In this document: positions 14,470 through 28,109 of the stretch, one piece after another
Numbering within the stretch: position 1 is the first letter of the stretch
Layout of the letters: each line of letters opens with the position of its first letter
Source: the human T2T-CHM13v2.0 reference genome, Homo sapiens
Reading direction: 5' to 3' (one strand)
Assembly: GCF_009914755.1 (NCBI RefSeq)
Contig: NC_060930.1
DNA length: 64,000 nt
Made by a program: the position numbers and the translations under genes
Notes under the pieces: model-generated
The model's database searches: none
Told to the model about the DNA's origin: nothing
Seen by the model: the letters and a program-made list of their open reading frames with translations, nothing else

Positions 14470-14709
14470 TACGAATATAAGAAAAATATTTGATTTTGGA
14501 AGGCATAGCATTGTTATTTCTTGCTGATTTTCATTCTTAATTGTGTTTAACATATGCTAATATTAACACTGATTTTTATTTGCTGATCACAAATTATTGG
14601 CAAGCAAGGAAGTTGGACAATAGATACAAAAATATCAGCCAGAAACCAATCTGGAGTTGAAAACGTCTCACATTAAACTGTAATTTATAATCAAACTATA
14701 GCAGCATCA

Positions 14710-15050
14710 TCATCATTCATTCATTTATTTTCATTCAATGACTGTTTATTTACTAGGAACCCTCCTACGTACTGGAGATTCCATGGTAAAACAAACAAAC
14801 AAACAAACAAAACAAAACAGTTGACTCATCTCCTCTGGGAAGCCTTCTTCACCTCCAAGGCTGGGTTGGGCTTCCTCACTGGAACTCCTTAAAAATTATC
14901 TCCTTATCTCATCATGGCCTTTAAGCTTCATTGTGATTGTTTGCATCTTGAAGTTATAGCACGTGCTTTGTTCATCATCATATACCCGGTGAGTAGCATC
15001 ACATACTGGCTGCTCAATGTATAGTTATTGAATAAGTAAATGAATGACTA
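14710..15050. mobile_element. L2 fragments
   Basis: tcattcattcattta... and tgctcaatgtatagttattgaataagtaaatgaatga, typical L2 3' ends. Confidence 0.55.
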
Positions 15051-15177
15051 ATCCACTTGAAAAATGCTTCCTGTCATGGATTCTAAAATTTATGATGCAT
15101 TCTGGCTGAAGCAGGTGTTTATTCAAATACCAAGGTATCCCTTTATTGTTTCTCGGCATCTGTTTTCCTAATCTTCT

Positions 15178-15298
15178 TTTTTTTACATTTTTTAAAAAAA
15201 TTATATTTTACTTTAAGTTCCAGGATACATGTGTAGAACGTGCAGGTCTGTTACATAGGACAATGTGTGGCATGGTGGTTTGCCACACCTATCAACCC
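15178..15298 (-). mobile_element. L1PA 3'-end fragment
   Basis: tactttaagttccaggatacatgtgtagaacgtgcaggtctgttacatagg. Confidence 0.85.
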
Positions 15299-16165
15299 TA
15301 ACCTTCTTGGTTCATGGATTTTTCAACTAGAAGTTTGCTAGCTACTAATCTTGTCTTGCATTGTAAGATTGATTTTGAGAGCCACTTCTTCACCAATAAT
15401 TACTCTGTCTTCCTTCCCCCATGCATCCACGTGTCACTACTGCACCCACCTGCGCCTCTTCCTGACTGTGCTATTACTTTAATTCTTTAGTAAATCTAGT
15501 AATATTTCTTTAGCACCTATTAATCAGCTTGGCATTGTAGTTAGCACTCTGCATATAAAGATGAACAGGGAAGCTCTTGCCCTTGGAAAGTGCATAGTGT
15601 GCTTCTTCAACTTTACAGACACTTTCTAGGCCATTTGTACATAAGGTAAGTGTCAAAAGAGATGGGTCATATTTTTGAGATGGGTTCTTAAACAAGTGTT
15701 CCACTTATCTATGCTTTGATCCCATTTCTGCCCCTTTTGAACATCATTTCAGCTCTCAGATGTTTCATCTGTCTTGTCCTTTCTGGTTGGCAATACCTTT
15801 TTCGAGCATTTATGGACTACTTCATTCTTCAATTGCTTATGTTTTCTGCTTTGGTAAAGCACTTCCTGAAACTGCTATGCCATTGATGTTGTTCACTCAG
15901 CTTGTTGCTGGAGCCCCAAAACCCTTGAAAAGCCCTCATTAGGTATGATTTAGCAGCTAGAAAATCAATACTTCCCTGTCTGTCTTTCAAGAATGGGGTC
16001 AAATGCACAACTTTATCTTTCCAGAGAGAAAGAATGAATTCCTTAGTCTTCTCAGCATCCTTTTCTCATAGGGGGAATAAATTATCCTATCTGCTGAAAG
16101 TCTGCTAAAATCTCAATGCAGCAATATTTCCAGAGGCATTTACGTTACAGAAATATATAATTACT

Positions 16166-16554
<389 letters not shown>

Positions 16555-16949
16555 TTACAGAAGAAAAATTTATATTATCAATATGGATATTTTAAAAGTT
16601 CAGCATCAACAATAAGAATATATAAATTTAAATGAAAATGCAATGTTTCATGATTTTCAAGTTATCATCAGTTATTAAGATGAAATTTTTAAGGATTGGT
16701 GAGGGTTTGAGGAAATAGACACTGTCATTCCCTGCTGAGAAGATAAAGTAACATAACTTTATCGAAAAGTAATTCGAGGATGTTATTAAAAGAGCATGTA
16801 TTCTGTGGCTTAGCAATTTCACTTTTGGGAGTTTATCATAAGGGAATAATTAGAGAGGTGAGTAAAACTGTATGCTCACCTCTCTAATTGTGTACTCTGT
16901 TTTACCAATGAAGAAACAGAGTTATACAGAAGTTAAGTAATGGTTATAT

Positions 16950-17487
16950 ATAAGGTGAGCAGGCTTTCAAGGTGACTCTCAATGATCCACACCTCCTAGT
17001 ATTTATTCTCTTTTGTAATCCACTGCCCTTGAGAGTGAGCTAGACTTAGTGACTCACTTCTAATAAATAAGAATCAGCAAAAGTGGTGGAATCTCACTTC
17101 TGTGATTAGCTTACAAAAAGCTGTGACTTCCTTCCATCTTGCTTGTAAATTCTCTTGAGGGCTTTGATGAAGCAAGTTGGCATCTTGAAGAGTTCTCTGT
17201 GACAAGGAATTAAGGATAAGTTCTGGTCAACAGCTCATGAGGAGTTGAGATCCTCACTCCAACAGCCTGCAAGGAACTGAACCCTGTCAACAACCACTGA
17301 GTGAGCTTGGAAAGGATCCTGCCCCAGTTGAAATTTGATTCCAGCCTTGTGAGAGATCCTGAAACAGAGGACTCATTATGGCCATGCCCAGGTTCCTAAT
17401 CTCTAGAAACTTTAGATTATAATTGCTATTGTTTTATGCAAGTAAATCATAGGATAATTTGTTATGCTGCAATAGATAGCTAAAACA
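16950..17487 (+). mobile_element. MLT1F-like MaLR LTR
   Basis: aatgatccacacctcctagtatt...gacttagtgactcacttcta...gttatgctgcaatagatagctaaaaca. Confidence 0.75.
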
Positions 17488-18139
17488 TATATATTTATAA
17501 AATAATTAAAGTATTTCTTCTGACAATAAAAGAATGACATTTTTCAACTTTGTTTTATTCCATATCTTGAAGTTTTTCCATAAATAGCACACTCTATTTA
17601 TACAATCAGAAAAATGACATTAAAAGACAAAAGAAAGTGTAGATAAATCAACAAAAATCTATTTCTTTTAGTGGATTAATTTTAGAATTTCCGTGCCCTC
17701 TCGACTAACATGTTGAAGCCCATGAAGGTAAAATTGCTTTAGCCTGACAGCTCCAGGAAGACTCAATCCTGTGACCTAGGAAACTTCCAACTCTAGTCGT
17801 TCCTTAAGTAATGAACTTATTGATAGAAATAGAAACAGGGAAATTAGCAAATAATCCTTACTGCTTCCCTACTCCTCTCCCTCATCCTTTCCCCCCTTCT
17901 CATTATTTTTCTTCTCCTCCTTTACTTCTTCTTCCTCTTCCTCCTTCTCTTGATTCTTTTAGGATTTCCTTTTGTTTGTAGAGTCTCCTTCTTACTTCAC
18001 TCTGAGATTTAGTGTCCTTCTGATTCTTTCCATTTCTCCTAATATTAGTCCAACACTACTACTATTACTGCTACTCACAGTTCTTACTCTACCATTATTC
18101 CTCACACCAGTTTATTACAGAGCACTACTAAACTACCAA

Positions 18140-18580
18140 GAGGCGGTATGAGTTAGAGGTCTGGAGAGCTCTGCTTCAGTGTGAAACTTGCTCTATCACT
18201 TAGTGTATATTCTGGAAAAATAATTAAAGCTCTCTATATCTTAGTTTCATAATATAAAAATTGAGATAATAATAGTTTCTACCTCATAGTTTTTGTGAGT
18301 ATTAAATGTGTTAATTCGCTTAGAATAGACATAAGAACTAAGTTATACGTTTCTAATTATGATAAGAATTGCTATCAGTTATTTCATTCTTCCTATGTTC
18401 CAGGTATTACATTAAGCACTTTACATAAGTTTTCTCATTTATTCTGCACAATAACTCTATGAGACAGATCTTACTATCCCAGTGATGGTTAAGCAAACAG
18501 GTCAATAAAAGTTAAGTAACTTGTCTACCAACAGAATAATGGGAGAGTAAAGTCAGGATTCAAAACTGAATTTTTCCATG
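18140..18580. mobile_element. Two adjacent MIR elements in opposite orientation
   Basis: MIR core on the plus strand (ataatagtttctacctcatag) followed by a minus-strand core (aagcactttacata...gttaagtaacttgtc...gtcaggattcaaa). Confidence 0.65.
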
Positions 18581-18693
18581 TTTCTTCAAATGTGGGACAT
18601 ATACCACTGGTGAAAAGATTTCAGAAAGTACACAGACTCATCCTCTGTTCCTTGTGTTATATCAAGATTCTATTAAACTTAGAAATAACCAGA

Positions 18694-18765
18694 ATGAATA
18701 TTCTATTCATTTTTGTTATGAATATTCTATTCATTCTTGTTATGAATATTCTATTTATTCTTATG
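18694..18765. repeat. 24-bp tandem repeat, about 3 copies
   Basis: atgaatattctattcatt(t/c)ttgtt starting at 18694, 18718 and 18742. Confidence 0.92.
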
Positions 18766-18829
18766 CTTTCATTGAAATATTGAGTTCATAGACATAAAAA
18801 AAACTCTTAATGAATAACAGTTAAAAATT

Positions 18830-19370
18830 TTATCACCTGGTGAAAGAAGCCTTCTACCAAAGCTTACCACGCGAGTCTATTTCTATGAAGTTCTAGAAAA
18901 GGCAAAACTAATCAATGGTGACATATAGTCTGAACAGTGGTTACATTTGAGGGATGGTTGTGGGGATAGGGATTCACTGAAAAGGTGCAGAAAGGAACAT
19001 CCTGGGATGACGGAGTGTTTTATATCTTGATGAGGTTTGAGTTACAAAGGTATGTATTTTTATAAAAAGTCAATGAGTGACACAATTAAGACTTGTGCAT
19101 TTATTGTATATAAATTTTACATAAATGAAAAAAGAACTAAACAAATATTGAACTCTAGTAAATGACATGCACACGGATGTGTATGGGGTGAAAGTTAAAA
19201 TGGATAAAAAATAAGATGGTTGATCAATAGATAGAGGATGAATAGATGAATAGCTATGTGATAAAAAAGTGTAGTCAATGTTGATTGTAAAATCTAAATG
19301 GTAGATACAATTCTTTCAGCTTTTTTGGTTATGTTTTAAATTATTTATAATAACATGTAGGAAAAATTAA
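18830..19370 (+). mobile_element. Old L1M (L1MC/MD-like) 3'UTR fragment
   Basis: tatgaagttctagaaaaggcaaaactaatcaatggtgac...ttaagacttgtgcatttattgtat. Confidence 0.7.
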
Positions 19371-22062
19371 GCTCTTAAATGACAGAAATTTGCTGATTAT
19401 TTATTAGCAAGCAAACAAATCATGTTAATTAGATATTTATGTCTAATATTAATATTCAATTAGTACCTAATATCCAATTTGATATGCCATACTTTTAAAT
19501 CTGTGTTTGATTTCCCAGGTACCCATATATCAGATAAAATTGAATTAAAAATTTGGAGAGGAGAATACTATCCTTAGGTAAAGCACTATAGAGATCTGAA
19601 ATCTTCTAAGTTCATATTTCCTGCAAGTTCATAAAATTGACCACTGCTCATTCATATAGTTCTTTTTGCTGTATTTTTGATGGCCATAGAACAAGTGCAT
19701 TTTTACTTACTAAATCTGCTCTACTTGGAAAGCAATACTGCTTTTAAAAGCAACAATCTTATTTCTAATGAATTTTAAAATAAACCATATTTTTAGCATT
19801 CATCAAAATGGACACACCAATATACCTTGACACCTCTAGGACTTGACAAACAAGAATATTTGTTTATATTCAATTTATTTCATGCATAGAGTAAAAAGTA
19901 TTTCCCTGCAATAACTTTAAAATCAAACACACTTTTTTAAGCATGGAAGAGAAATGATTCTATTTTTATGTGTAAGAAAACTAAAACCTGAAGGAAGAAG
20001 ATTTCCCAGAGTTCTTATATAACAAGGGTAAATTCATGCACTTTAGGCCACAAAACCCACATTTTTATATTCATTTGTTTATATGCTACAATTTTTATTT
20101 AGTCATGGAAAAATCTACTCCACGTTGTACTTGGATAGTTTCACTCATTGCTTCTTCATACCTTTCTTCTTTCTCTGTGTTGTTAATCTAAAGTTTTTCC
20201 GTTCTTATCGTTTGGTTCTCTGTAGCTGTCTTCTTATGTAAAACCTTGAAAATTCCCTCTATCCTTCCATAGATTTTCAAAGAAATGGATTTTGATTATA
20301 TAAGTGATGTTTTCAAATCACGTTTTATATACATTTGTCTAATATCAATGATAGTTATTGAATTCTGTTGATAACTTCAATGTTATCACATCCTTTTCTT
20401 TAAATAAGTTCCTCAAAATAAATGATTAAACTTTGCATGAAATTTTATTTATAATGATAAAGTTTCAAAGTAATTATTTTAAATGAAAATAATTAAAAGT
20501 TATGAAAAATTAAAAGAATATAACTTTTTTTAACTTCATGTTTCAACACTAAGCACTACCTATATATTCCCTACTGTGAAAGACAAGTGATACACTGTTT
20601 TTTCTCCTCCCCAAATTTGTCAAATAAATATATATATATTTAACATTTTAATATTTATAATAGTTGCATTCTGTTTTATATCTGTAATTCTCAGAATTGA
20701 AGACTTTGTTTCTGTATGTAAGTAGCTTTATCATGTTTACTCCATTGGAGTTTTTATTTTGATTCTTCTTTTTATGACTGCATCTTGCAAAGGAGTTTCT
20801 TTTTCAGGAAAGGGTCATGTGTGCTGTATTCCCGTAGTAGTTACTGCAAGCAGGAGATCACCTGTCTTTAGCCTTCATGCTTGAACAACAACTTGGGTAA
20901 TGATGAATATTTTATGCCTATTCCATATTTCTATTTTTTCTTCAGAATCACATTTTATCACTATGTTGATGCCTTTGTCTCCATCTTAATCATCTCTTCT
21001 CTAATTGCTTTCCTATTTTTGTTCTTTTTGTTTCATTTTGTGCAATTTCCTCAAGTCTCTCCTGCATGTTTCTAAATATGTTTTCGCTCTTGTTTATTTT
21101 GTATTTTGTTGCTTCCAAAGCAGCTCACTTCTCTAATAAAGCCTTTATTTTTTCTTTCTATTTTTTTTCTGAGTTCTGCCAGCTTGTTTTTCCTCTCTTT
21201 TTGCTGTCTCTTCAGTTTTTCTGTTTGCTTTGTGGTCATTTTTCACATTTTTGTAACCCCTAGAGGCGTCATGGTGTTTGTATTTTTATGGAACATGCAT
21301 TGAGATTTTTTCTATTTTTAGGGAAAATTGAAAAATCTGATCTTTTGGTAGAATTTTATCAGCTGTATTTTGCTTATGTTCTTTTCTTAATTTTGTGTGC
21401 TAGTGCCTCTCTTTACTAAATAGAGGCAATGTTATCTGGGGTAGCTGTTTGCTGAACCCTCAGGAGCTGGTTGCAGAAGTGAGGTGGGCTTGCCCTCAAG
21501 CAGTCTTAAAATCTCCCTCACTAAATCTGCTTGTTACTCTATTCTGTGCATCTTCTCTTGGCTTTTGACATTCAGGAGGACACAAATGGTTTGTGGAGAC
21601 CCTTCTTAAGTGGCAGTTCCCTAGATTAGGAGATACTCCATACCGCTGCATTTCCAGTTGTCATCCAGGCTCATTTTTGTGAGGAAAGATTACTCCTGTT
21701 TTGCTCAACTTTTCCTAACGTTTTATGGTAGTAGATAAGGCTCTCTTGGGACATTCCTCTGACTCTCCCAAGACTTGCCACGACTTCTGCATCTCATCCC
21801 TCTGTTAAAAAGATGGTGTGCACACTTCTCAGAATTGTGACATTTAACTGTCAAAATATCTCCAGCCTGACATAAATCTAAGGAGATGGATATATGTTGA
21901 TTTCTTTCATCTCTCATCTTAGTCCAGTATAGTAGGTATTCACAATTTATAGTTTGGGGTTGTGACTCTTTCTCTGCTTGCTTTCTGTACTTTGTAAAGG
22001 AGGGGAGCTATTAAAAATATCCATAGCAGCATGTTTAATTAGAAGCATTGTTTACCTGTTAG

Positions 22063-22572
<510 letters not shown>

Positions 22573-23974
22573 GTCTGTTTTATCTCTTTAGCCCCTCTAC
22601 CTAGCACAACACCTAGCAGATAATAGGTGCTCAATAAGAATTTTGAATGAAGTAATGAATTAACTTATGAATATAGTACAAGATGACTTCCAAACAAGAT
22701 TATTTTGGAGGGCATCCAGTGTATACCAAGATAAATAACGTTGAAATTTTTTAAAAGGCTATGAAATCATATATATTATGTACATGACAAAGCAGAAAGT
22801 AAATAAGCCCTAAATACCTTCAGAAATTAATTGAATTAAAGAGATAATGGAGATACTGTTGGAGGATTACTTATGTTGATTACATATTTCTGCAAGTTAG
22901 GGTAAAATTAAAAATAGACATCAAAAAGTCAAATAAATGTCAAGCTGAAGGGAAGAAAACTATGTTGGAGATAAAATGGAGGAAAGAAAGAAAATTGTTT
23001 GGGTACTAAAGTATATGAGGGATTTTTGTTGCTTTTTTTTGTTCCTGCAGTAGAAAAATGAATTTCACCATATTAAAAAGTATGATCTAAAAAGTTTTAA
23101 TGGTGCCTTGTAATGCCAATGTTGAATTTATGCAGGGTTCAAACTATGTTTTTGAATTTCACAAGACAAACGTTTAGTTCTCAGTGGTTTAAATGTTTCA
23201 CTTTCTTACTGTTCAGACAAACATTCTGAGAACATTTTAAAGGCATGACATTAAAACAGTTTTGAAAAAAAGATTGTTTTTTCTATTTAGGAAGGTACAT
23301 TTGGTATTTCAAGATTTGAAGGGCAAATAACTAAGATTTCCAAGTTTAGTTTTTTATAGTGCAACCATATGACAAAACTCAGTCTTTGTGTGTAAAAGGA
23401 TAAAATGATGGTAAATGCCTAACCTAAAGTTACCTTAACATACTTGGGGAGAATAAAGAAGATAGTAAATTACCGATGACCTTAGCAAAATATGCGAACA
23501 GTTGAAACACTTATGAAGTTCAAATTCTAAAAACCTCTAAATATTATGATAGTCTAGGCTAATCTGTCAGTCCAGTGTTAGAACCCAGTAAAACAGGATA
23601 ATTCTAGATTGTTGCATTTGCAAAGTACTATGAATCATAAATATCAAACATTTGTCAGTAAACCAAATGGTATTTAACCCAATCTTATGTAAATTCATGA
23701 CAATATTACATATGTAATATTTAAACAAAAATAATAACATATTTCATTCCCATTGTAATACAGTATATTTAAATAAACTGTATTAGAAATAATATGCTGT
23801 AAATGCTTTGTGACAAACATCATCAATAAGTGTTTTATTAGAAATATATTTGCATTAGTAATGCTTCTATATAAATAAGTATATTTATAAATTGGCAATT
23901 ATTGATTTCATAATCATTTAAACTAAAAACAATTCAAGGATTCTCTATTTTGCTAGACATTAAACCAAATCTAA

Positions 23975-24348
23975 TGTATTAGTATGTTCTCACACTGCTA
24001 TAAAGATACTACCTGAAACTGGGTAATTTATAAAGGAAAGAGGTTTAATTGACTCACAGTTCCTCATGGCTGGGTGGGACTTAGGAAACTTACAATCATG
24101 GCAGAAGGGGAAGCAGGCACATCTTGCATGGTGACAGGAGAGAGGAGAGCAAGCATGTGCATGGAATACTGCCTTATAAAACCATCAGATCTCATGAGAA
24201 CTCAATCAATGTCACCAGAACGTCATGGGGGAAACCACCCCCATGATTCATTTACCTCCCATCAGGTCCCTCCCTCGACATATGGGGATTAAAATTCAGA
24301 TTACAATTGTCAATGAGATTTGGGTGACGACACAGCCAAACCATATCA
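23975..24348 (-). mobile_element. Solo MaLR LTR (THE1D/MSTA-like)
   Basis: tgtattagt...agccaaaccatatca; TSD tctaa/tctta. Confidence 0.9.
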
Positions 24349-27011
24349 TCTTAATACAATGATTTATTGGTGATTGCATTAAAAATGATTCTTTTAAATA
24401 AGAAAGCCTCTATTTCATATAAAGGTTCAGTGCAGATAAATAAATACTTGGAGAATATCTAAATATACCCATGGGCACAGTTTCAGAAGATAATGCCCCA
24501 GAAAGAAAAATAAATATTAATATTATAAAACTATAAATATGGTTTAATTAATTTAATGTTCAGGTAATTTGTCATAATTGCACTTATGATCTAAAATAAA
24601 ATAAATTTGAATGTAATATAACTTGGCTAGGAGAAATCCAAAGGTACAAAAAGCAATTAGGTAGTTTATAAGTCAAGATTTTATGTAAATCTTGAAGACA
24701 AACTTTTATTTCTTCTATTTATTAAGATTTTTCTGTGTGACTTTATAATGAGTATAAAGTTAGCTCAGTTCTCTGCAGTGAAATGCATTGGGAATTCCAA
24801 ATATGGGAATTTCAAATATAATTATGACCATTCCAACAAATTTTCATTTACTTATGAGAACTGATTTTTATGCATCAAACTTAATATATCTTTTCATATG
24901 ATTCCTTGGAATTATTCTAAGAAGCTAACTTCTTACTGACTCCTGCTTTCTCTATGTATAGCTTCCATTCTTACTACTCTTTTAAGCTGACATAGTTGAA
25001 TAAAAATCATCATGCTGATAGAATTGATTCTCTATGCCTTAAATAAATATTGAAAAAAAAGGCCACACAGCACAAAATGAAGAATATGCTAAAACTGATA
25101 AGTGGTACAAGGACAAATTTTAGGACACAGATGCAATTTTATGAAGTAGCTAGCTAGGATAATCTAATATTTTCAGATGGTAATAAAATTATTTGCAGTA
25201 GCAAAGCATATACATAGACAGCAAGAAAGTGTATGAAAGTCATTTATATAGACTTAAAATATTTTTAACATTGCTAGTTGGAAATATGTAAAAAAGTAGA
25301 ACAATTTATGATATAACTATTCCTATTTAATTTTCCTGTTTTAGAAAAAAACTCCTTCATTTAGTGGATGATGAAAGAACTAGTTTTAATTAAATAAAAT
25401 TCATGCCGATTCAATTGCTATTTGTATTATATATCCATATTCAGATAATTTTTTATTGCCATGCCCTATTTTTCACTGTTCATTTAAGGAAAGAAAGGTT
25501 GTCATTTCAGCATAAAGATTTTCATTTAAATGCATTCCTTTTTTTTTCAATATCCATGGAATGTGCATTTTGAGGAAAGCTTGTGGTGGTATGATCTTAT
25601 ATTGAAGTAAATTTTTCTTTTTAAAATTTTGTTTGCTCTTTTTGACTTGTTCGGTTTTTCAACATCTAAATTATTTTTGAATAGAGACCAAAGCAGATCT
25701 GCTTCATGAAAAATTTCAGCCTATATTGAACTGAGTAATTGTCTATGTAAGCATATATATTAATAGTATTGATATATTAATACAATATCATTACGTATGA
25801 AATTTATCCCTTTTATGATATAAGAAGTATGTCTGAGGTTTTAGAAAATCTGTAGACAGTATGACCCCTGTTTGTAGAACTTTTGTCTAAATGAATAGCT
25901 ATTTATAAACATATGGAGGGATAATGTGCTTAGTAGAAGAACTTAGATGGAGCTCTTGTGTTTGTATTCTAGCTTTATTGCATGCTATCTGATATGACCT
26001 TCAGCCAATTATTAAAATTATCTATGTATCATTGTCCTTATTTATGACAATCATTCTTATATTTTGGATTATTGGGAGAATTAAGTCATTTAACACCTGG
26101 TAAGTGTTCATCACTGGGACATTATAAATGCTCAATATATTTTAGTTATTATTACATCTTCATTGTTAGTTACTCTGGCTCCTTAACCACAAGATCTTGG
26201 ATAGGTGGTATACTTACAAAAATTAAATTTGAATGCTTTTAAGTAGCATATATATTCTCCAGCGTACAAATCCCAACATTCCCTATTGTCAGGACAATAT
26301 GTTGGTAGCCTGCCTCCTGAGGTATTAGTTAAGAATCTTTTGATATGGAGATATATGTGACTGCTTCTACCTGTCTTCAACTGCTTTATAAGAGATTCTT
26401 TATATCTTACTGTCATCAAGTCATTGAATCTATTCTGCCTAGTGGAGCTGTATTACATTTTCTATCTATTTGGTCTAATCAAGCTCCTCCCCAGAGTACT
26501 TCAAATAATATTTTTGAACAGTAAACTGTAAGAATCACCATGAATATCATTTCTTTCTTCTCCCATAATGTGCATACATCAAGTTGTAGAATAAGGTTAC
26601 CAGTGATATAGTCTGCTTTGTATCCACTCAACATTCCAATCATGGGTATGCCACTGCCAGGGGAAATACCTGCTTGATATCACACGCAACAGTGGTGTGT
26701 TGCAGCGTCATACTCTGGATAAAGTCAATTTGCTGCATCTTGTATTTTGAAACTTCTCATGGTGGAAAAACCTTTTTTTTGAGAAGGAGATACCAGGGTA
26801 TTAAAAAATGTAATAATTGATCTACAGTAAAAGCAAGTTTGAAAAAGTTTGCATTTGAATATTATCTATTGGATTAAAATGGAAGATAATGAACAAATTG
26901 TCACCTAGGAAATTACATGAAGAGAAAAATTGGGTTAGAGGCAGTAAATATTAACATTAAGAACATACACATGCATATTTGAAAAAGACTCAAATGGTGA
27001 AGGCTTAAAAA

Positions 27012-27212
27012 CACACACTGGGAACTGTTGTGGGTGGGGGGAGGGGGGAAGGGGGAGGGATAACATTAGGAGATATACCCAATGCTAAATGATGAGTTAA
27101 TGGGTGCAGCACACCAACATGGCACATGTATACATATGTAACAAACCTGCATGTTGTGCACAAGTACCCTAAACTTAAAGTATAATAAAAAAAAAGATTA
27201 AAAAAAAAAAAA
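27012..27212 (+). mobile_element. 5'-truncated L1PA 3' end with G-rich tract and poly(A)
   Basis: ggagggataacattaggagatatacc...aacttaaagtataataaaaaaa. Confidence 0.92.
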
Positions 27213-27560
27213 CAAGACTAAGTATCCAGCCATTTAAAGTGATGGTGCAGCTGCTTATGATTCTTAATATTCCAAGATTATGTCATTTTTGTTAATGCTT
27301 TAGTTAAAAAAAATGCTAAATGCTTGATAAAAAATAAACACATAGATACACTAAAGGGCCATTTCTGAATGTGCTAATTCCTTGAGGCTACTGGCCTGAA
27401 GGAATGAGAGGGTTCAGAAATTTAATTCCAAGGGTTGCTCAAGATGAGAAGTCTTATTGAGATACCTTCTCCAATTCAAACTTGGATTTCCAAAGCCATA
27501 GCTTTAGAACAATGTCACATGAAAACTAATCCCCATGTCTTACTCTCAGTCACATAACAT

Positions 27561-27856
27561 TTTTTTTTTTTTTTGAGATGGAGTCTGGCTCTGTTGCCCA
27601 GGCTGGAGTACAGTGGCGTGATCTCAGCTTACTGCAGTCTCTGCCTCCAGGTTCAGGTGATTCTCCAGCCTCAGCCTCCCAAGTTGCTGGGACTATAGAT
27701 GTGCATCACCGTACCCTGACTAATTTTTGTATTTTTAGTAGAGATGGGTTTTCACCATGTTGGCCAGGCTGGTCTCAAACTCCTGACTTCAGGTGATCTG
27801 CCCGCCTTGGCCTCCCAAGGTGTTGGGTTTACAGGTGTGAGCCACTGTGCCTGACC
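27561..27856 (-). mobile_element. Alu (AluSx-like)
   Basis: Alu consensus; TSD cagtcacataaca at 27547 and 27858. Confidence 0.94.
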
Positions 27857-28109
27857 CCAGTCACATAACATTTTATAGAAGCTTGTCTCTGTGCTAAGCA
27901 GAGGAGGAAAAGAAATATTAAAAGAAAAAAATAAGACATTGTATTATAGATGGGTCTTTGTATACATTTACACATTGGACAGGGAACCTAAAGCTGTGAC
28001 TAGATTTGAAATGTTTTCCAATTAGTAGTGCTGTCAAGTTCTAGGCTGATACAAACACATAGCCACTTTGGAAGAGACAACACCATTCTAGGAATCTGAA
28101 AACACCCAT

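Noticed and set aside
20500-21500. T-rich stretch with several hydrophobic ORFs
   Set aside because: Probably a decayed minus-strand HAL1/L1 remnant; the F/L-rich ORFs reflect base composition, and the family call was too uncertain to list.
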